Below are positions 59,302-64,000 of a stretch of DNA of 64,000 bases, piece by piece (positions within the stretch are counted from its first letter, which is position 1; each line of letters opens with the position of its first letter). A program made the position numbers and the translations under genes. The DNA is from an uncultured delta proteobacterium (GTDB lineage Bacteria > Myxococcota_A > Polyangia > Fen-1088). Location of the stretch: the NCBI GenBank assembly GCA_963737265.1, contig CAVTRY010000016.1:288001-352000 (forward strand), in the 5' to 3' direction. The notes below the pieces were generated by a model, which was not told the DNA's origin, did no database searches, and was given only the letters and a program-made list of their open reading frames with translations.

Positions 59302-60111
59302 TTACTTCGCGGCTTCCTGGTCCGACGGGAAGTCGCCGGCGCGCACGTCGGCGACGTATCTCGCGAAGGCGGCGATGGCCTCCGCGCCAAGCTCGGCGTA
59401 GCGGCGTGCGAAGCGCGGCGACCAGTCGGGATTGAGTCCCAGCAAATCGTGCATGACCAACACTTGGCCATCGCAGGACGGGCCGGCTCCGATGCCGATG
59501 GTCGGGACGGAAATAGCCTGCGTGATGGCGGCTGCCAGTGACGACGGAACACTTTCGATGACGATGGCGTAGGCGCCGGCATCTGCCAAGGCGCACGCGC
59601 CAGCGAGAATCGACTGCGCCTGTTCGTCGCTGCGGCCTTGCAGGTTGAAGCCGCCGAGCTTGTGCACCGACTGCGGGGTCATTCCCACGTGCCCCATGAC
59701 CGGAACACCGATCGACACCAGCCGAGCCACGAGATCCGCGACTTCTTCTCCCCCTTCCAGCTTCACCGCTTCGGCCGCGCCCTCCTTGAGTAGACGTCCG
59801 GCCGCACGCACCCCGTCTTCGATCGAGACTTGGTAGCTGAGGAACGGCATATCCGCCACTAGGTGGGCGTGCTGGATGCCGCGAGCCACCAGCCTTGAAT
59901 GGTAGATCATCTCGTCGAGTGTGACCGGCAGCGTGTTCGGCAGTCCTTGCACGACCATGCCGAGACTGTCGCCCACCAGCACCACATCCACACCTGCCCG
60001 ATCCGCCAACCGCGCAAACGCCACGTCGTACGCAGTCACCACCGCGATCTTTTCGCCCCGGGCCTTGTGCTCGCGCACAAGCGTGCTGGTCAGTTTCTTC
60101 ACGGATGGCAT
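59302..60111 (-). CDS. panB: 3-methyl-2-oxobutanoate hydroxymethyltransferase
   Basis: TAYD, LVGDSLGM, ADMPF, VKLEGG, GHVGMTPQS, TIGIGAG..CDGQVLV. Confidence 0.96.
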   Translation of the reverse strand: MPSVKKLTSTLVREHKARGEKIAVVTAYDVAFARLADRAGVDVVLVGDSLGMVVQGLPNTLPVTLDEMIYHSRLVARGIQHAHLVADMPFLSYQVSIEDGVRAAGRLLKEGAAEAVKLEGGEEVADLVARLVSIGVPVMGHVGMTPQSVHKLGGFNLQGRSDEQAQSILAGACALADAGAYAIVIESVPSSLAAAITQAISVPTIGIGAGPSCDGQVLVMHDLLGLNPDWSPRFARRYAELGAEAIAAFARYVADVRAGDFPSDQEAAK

Positions 60112-60149
60112 GAGGACGCCGATTCTAGCAGGGGTTCCCTATCGAGACG

Positions 60150-60812
60150 CTACCGGCGACTCCAATGATTGATGCCGGCGTGGGTCTGGCCAATCACCTC
60201 CAGCAGGGCCGCGCGGTCGGCCAGGTTGCCGACGAAGTCGATCTCGGAGGCATCGACGATGAGCAGACTGCTCTCGCCATAGTTGAAGAAGAAATCGGCA
60301 TAGGCGCGCGCCACCTCGCGCACGTAGTCGGGCCTGATCGGCTTTTCTTCCGGCCGCTTGCGCTTGTCGATGCGGGACAGGAGCACGTCGGTAGGAGCCT
60401 GCAAATACACCACGAGATCCGGGGTCAGCACGCGCGGCCGCAGCGCCTGGTACACGCGATCGTAGAGCGCGATTTCTTCGGCCGACAACGTCAGCGTGGC
60501 GAACAGGCGATCCTTCGCGAACAAATAGTCGGAAACCACGCCGCCTCGCTCGAACAGCCCGCCCTGCAGAAGCTCCGACTGTTGGCCGTAGCGCTGCAAG
60601 AGAAAGAACAACTGGGTCGACAGGGCAAAGCGTCTGGGATCCCGATAAAACGAAGCAAGGAAGGGATTCTCGGCGGGGTTCTCACAAACCAGGCGCGCTC
60701 CCAGCTCGGCCGACAGAATCTCCGCCAAGCTAGACTTGCCGACGCCAATCGGCCCCTCGACCGCGATGTAGCGAGGCCGATTGCGCTGCTGCTTTGGCTC
60801 CCCAAGTGTCAT
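60150..60812 (-). CDS. Deoxynucleoside kinase
   Basis: IAVEGPIGVGKSSL, NPFL..FY, QLFFL..R, PDLVVYLQA. Confidence 0.9.
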   Translation of the reverse strand: MTLGEPKQQRNRPRYIAVEGPIGVGKSSLAEILSAELGARLVCENPAENPFLASFYRDPRRFALSTQLFFLLQRYGQQSELLQGGLFERGGVVSDYLFAKDRLFATLTLSAEEIALYDRVYQALRPRVLTPDLVVYLQAPTDVLLSRIDKRKRPEEKPIRPDYVREVARAYADFFFNYGESSLLIVDASEIDFVGNLADRAALLEVIGQTHAGINHWSRR

Positions 60813-62107
60813 GGGTGTCTACCTATGGCTAACACAAGTTCGATGCGGGCCGAAGTTCGTCGCATGTTGCTCGGGCGAACGGTACGCAAACCGGTCGCCA
60901 CTCGCCGTTCGACGCATGCGGCGAAGGGGCGCCAATCGCTCGAAAGCCCGAAATCCACGCTGACATCCATCTGAACCTCGGCACGGTGGGGGATACCGTT
61001 GCCGTCGATTTCGAGAAGCAGCGGCACGCGCAGGATGCGCGGTGCATCCGCGGGCAACTGCGCCATGCAGGGTTCGAGCAGCCGCGGGCGACTCTTCCAG
61101 GCGGCGTCGATGAGCGGCGCCGGCAACGGTCCGCGCGCATCCGCGGTGGCGCTCGCCACCACGGTACCATGGCGAAGGTGCGCAAGAGGCACGTCGGCGC
61201 CAGAGGCCGCCAAAGCCAACAGATGATCCTCGGCCCTTTTCCGCCAGCGCGACGCCGCGGCGCTGGAAACAAACTGTTTGAATGCGTCGAGCGCCCCCGG
61301 TGCATCACCCATCACCAGCAAAGCCAGGCCGCGGTAGTAGTCAACCTCGCCGCTCGGCAGGTGATCCATCCCAAGCGCCGCCCCACTCTCGGGCACGAGC
61401 GACGACAGCGAGGAATCCGTGGCCAGCGCCCGCCACATGATCCGGCGCGCCTCCCCGTCGCGGCCAGCGCGATCGCACGACACGGCTTGGCCGAACAGAG
61501 CGCGCGCCAAGATGGTCCACTCTTCCCGCGAGGCTGTCCTTTGGCCGAGGCGGGCAACAGCCTTGGCAAAGCTCGCTTCCGCCTCCGCGAGCCTCCCGAG
61601 CGCCATCAGCAGCTCCGCTCTGCGCACCAGCACCGCCGGCACGATCTGCGCGTCGCCAATTTCAAGCTGGCGGCCGTATTCGGCCAAGGCGTCCTCGTAC
61701 TGGCCGTCGACCGCTCGCGCGTCGGCCAAACGTCTGCCGCAGGGAAAGACCTCCCCGGGCCCGCGCGCCAGCGCGCAGGCGCGCTCGAACGCGGTGATGG
61801 CATCGGCGACGTGCCCCTCGCTCAAAATAACCTCGGCGAGCAGGAGGTGGGCGGCGAAATGGTCAGGTGCCAGCCCCACGGCCTGGCGTAGCCACCCCTC
61901 GACACGCACGAGGCGTTCCGCCCCGGAATTCGCGTCTGGCTGTGCCGGCCGCGCCAGCTCCACGCGCGCGCGTGCCAGCAGCTCCGCAACCGCGGTCGCG
62001 CCCCCGTCGACAGAAGCAGCCGCACCGGTTTCCGCGCGCGCGCCTGGCGTCGCACCCAGCAGGAACACCAACCAGCACCACGGCCCGGTGAAGAATCGTC
62101 GCCTCAT
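60809..62107 (-). CDS. Secreted TPR-repeat protein
   Basis: Signal peptide ending ARA; several TPR-like helices (AHLLLAEV, LGRLAEAEASF, YYRGLAL). Confidence 0.65.
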   Translation of the reverse strand: MRRRFFTGPWCWLVFLLGATPGARAETGAAASVDGGATAVAELLARARVELARPAQPDANSGAERLVRVEGWLRQAVGLAPDHFAAHLLLAEVILSEGHVADAITAFERACALARGPGEVFPCGRRLADARAVDGQYEDALAEYGRQLEIGDAQIVPAVLVRRAELLMALGRLAEAEASFAKAVARLGQRTASREEWTILARALFGQAVSCDRAGRDGEARRIMWRALATDSSLSSLVPESGAALGMDHLPSGEVDYYRGLALLVMGDAPGALDAFKQFVSSAAASRWRKRAEDHLLALAASGADVPLAHLRHGTVVASATADARGPLPAPLIDAAWKSRPRLLEPCMAQLPADAPRILRVPLLLEIDGNGIPHRAEVQMDVSVDFGLSSDWRPFAACVERRVATGLRTVRPSNMRRTSARIELVLAIGRHP

Positions 62108-62150
62108 GCCACACGCCCCGCCGTGCGAAATATCACGCGGTCAAACCCCG

Positions 62151-63170
62151 CTACGGCGCCGGCTTCACGTTCCACAGCATGAAAACGTGATCCTGGAAGT
62201 CGCGATCGTTGTCTTCATCGAAAGCCACGACGTACGCATCCTGCACCGGGGTCCGGCCACGGCTGCGCAAGGGATAGACCCGCGCCGCATGCTTTTCGGC
62301 GCCAAGGTTCAAGCTGTCGTCGGAATAGAGCGTCCGTTTGCCCACCTTGAGGTAGAGCCCAAAGGCCGCGTCGCCGGGATCGAAGCTGGTCTGGCTGTCA
62401 CCTTTCAGCTCCGGATTGAGCGTCTGCGGATGCCCCCGGTCCACGCCGCCGATGCCTTTCGCGACCGGCCTTCCGTCCTGGACGAGGTAGTAACCGAACG
62501 CAGAAGCCTCGTCGGCGGTGTAGCGGGCCACAAGGTAGTAGCCAACATTGCCGGGCTTGGCACGCTGGAAGAGAGGCGCCCTCACCTCGTCGCCCGCCAG
62601 CGCCGCGCCCTTCGGCAAGGCCAGCGCCGGGCTTCCGACATCGACCGCATATCCGAGTGCCTCCAGGATCTGCTGCAAGGATGGCTCGTCAGCTTGATCC
62701 TTTCCTCTCGTCACGAGCGCGGACAGATCGCAAGGCGGGCCGTCGTCATCCTCGGTGCGCACGACGCGCACGCGCGCGTGGTGAACGCCGGGCTCGGCGT
62801 CGACGGCCGGCTCGAAGCCAACGGAGAAGGTCAGCGACGCTCCCGGCCGAAGCACCGCCGGCAACAGCGGAGCGTCGACGATGCGAAAGGTCGTCGCGTG
62901 TGTCCCCACGACTCGCAAATCCGAGACTTGAACCATGTCGTTGCCCGCATTCTTGACCGAAACCGACTCGCTGGTCTTGGTCGCCCCACGCCGTCCCGAA
63001 AAAATCAGCTCGAGCGGCGTTACCTCGAGCGGCTCGCGCATCTTCTCCACGCGCGGCGCGGGCAGCGCGGCCTCGACCTTGGCCGGTGCCTGGGCCGGCA
63101 GTTTCGTGGCACAGCCGCAAACGACGAAAACCAAGAGCAATTCTGTGCATCGTGATAACCGAAATCGCAT
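62151..63170 (-). CDS. Lipoprotein with Ig-like domain and C-terminal Asp-rich (DUF4114-like) motif
   Basis: Lipobox VVCG|C; VSVKNAG...LRPGASLTFSVGFEP; FDEDNDRDFQDHVF. Confidence 0.6.
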   Translation of the reverse strand: MRFRLSRCTELLLVFVVCGCATKLPAQAPAKVEAALPAPRVEKMREPLEVTPLELIFSGRRGATKTSESVSVKNAGNDMVQVSDLRVVGTHATTFRIVDAPLLPAVLRPGASLTFSVGFEPAVDAEPGVHHARVRVVRTEDDDGPPCDLSALVTRGKDQADEPSLQQILEALGYAVDVGSPALALPKGAALAGDEVRAPLFQRAKPGNVGYYLVARYTADEASAFGYYLVQDGRPVAKGIGGVDRGHPQTLNPELKGDSQTSFDPGDAAFGLYLKVGKRTLYSDDSLNLGAEKHAARVYPLRSRGRTPVQDAYVVAFDEDNDRDFQDHVFMLWNVKPAP

Positions 63171-63298
63171 GGGCTCGCCTTGCGACTAGGGTAAGGCCAG
63201 TCGCGACGAACGGCCAGAACAAGCTGACTGGCCTATGCGATAGCGGCCGATTTTGCACGCCACGCGCTGCTCACGCTGGCCATGCGCGCGGTGTCTCG

Positions 63299-64000
63299 CT
63301 AGTTATTCCCGTGCGGGAAGAAGCTGTCGTTGTACGAGAAGACGCCGCCAAAGCGGTCGAACGTAATGGCCCCGAACAAATTCACCGCAATTCCGAAAAT
63401 CACCATGATCTTGAAGAGCCAGGTGAATCTTCGGCCGCCCACGGCCAACAGCATGACCAAGAAGACGATGTAGTCGAGACTGAAGCGGTAACCGAACTGT
63501 AGAAAACCCGAGTTTTGATAAAGCAGCGCTGGAATCGCGGCGGCCAGAATGGACAGCCACAAGCCGCGGGAAAGCGGGCTGCGTTCGGCGGGCGCGACCG
63601 TGTACCCCAACGCGGGCGTCGTCACCAGCATCGACATGCCGTGCTCGCTAACTTTGACAAAGGGGTATTGGGTAAGAATGCGCGGCAAAAGCAGCAGCGC
63701 GCAGGTGAGGTTGCGCGACAGGAAGTGGTAGTTCATCAATCCCCAGCGCTGAATTCGGTCCTGCCAACCAATGTTGAGATACCTATGTCCAAATTCACTG
63801 AACTGCTCGAAGCGCAGGTAATTGTGGACCAGCAGCACCGTAAGCACGGCGCCCGATGGAACGGCGAAGCCAATGAGTTTGCCAACAAGCCCGGGAGGAA
63901 GCCCCTCGGCACGCAGTTTGCGCAGCCTCTCCCAGCCGCCAGTGGCGCGGACGGCTTCCAGAACGAAGAAGGGAAACACAAAGCCCAGCGGCGTTCGCGT
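63299..64000 (-). CDS. Polytopic membrane protein, 5' end outside the window (possibly GT-C-like)
   Basis: Frame open to the window edge; multiple TMs; NYLRF..EFG, QFGYRFSLDY. Confidence 0.6.
   Translation of the reverse strand, partial: TRTPLGFVFPFFVLEAVRATGGWERLRKLRAEGLPPGLVGKLIGFAVPSGAVLTVLLVHNYLRFEQFSEFGHRYLNIGWQDRIQRWGLMNYHFLSRNLTCALLLLPRILTQYPFVKVSEHGMSMLVTTPALGYTVAPAERSPLSRGLWLSILAAAIPALLYQNSGFLQFGYRFSLDYIVFLVMLLAVGGRRFTWLFKIMVIFGIAVNLFGAITFDRFGGVFSYNDSFFPHGNN

Overview
High-GC bacterial chromosomal window that looks like Myxococcota: it carries an aglRQS-type motor, an MXAN_5187-family gene, a myxobacterial-style gspC-N operon and Cys-rich lipoproteins. Left to right: B12 radical SAM and GNAT genes; a small hotspot of gene fragments with a Phd-VapC toxin-antitoxin pair and REP-like repeats; a GPH sugar transporter divergent from a GH94 phosphorylase; a ~1970-aa Cys-rich lipoprotein and a smaller Cys-rich lipoprotein sharing an upstream motif; an RHH-VapC pair; a TraB-like beta-barrel/TSP3/OmpA protein; a complete type II secretion operon (gspCDEFGHIJKLMN) preceded by a sigma54 activator; a GH3 lipoprotein; two back-to-back circularly permuted ATP-grasp/alpha-E/transglutaminase operons (6 genes, no protease, poly-Gln tail); an orphan histidine kinase; a motor operon with duplicated aglR; a HEAT lipoprotein, queF, MXAN_5187-like gene, beta-helix lipoprotein, MNT-HEPN pair, panB, deoxynucleoside kinase and hypothetical genes. 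Three genes (gspD, GH3, large transglutaminase) carry apparent 1-nt insertions, two at the same 10-mer. I saw no rRNA, tRNA, CRISPR array or transposase. All family calls come from motif recognition by eye; no database searches were run.
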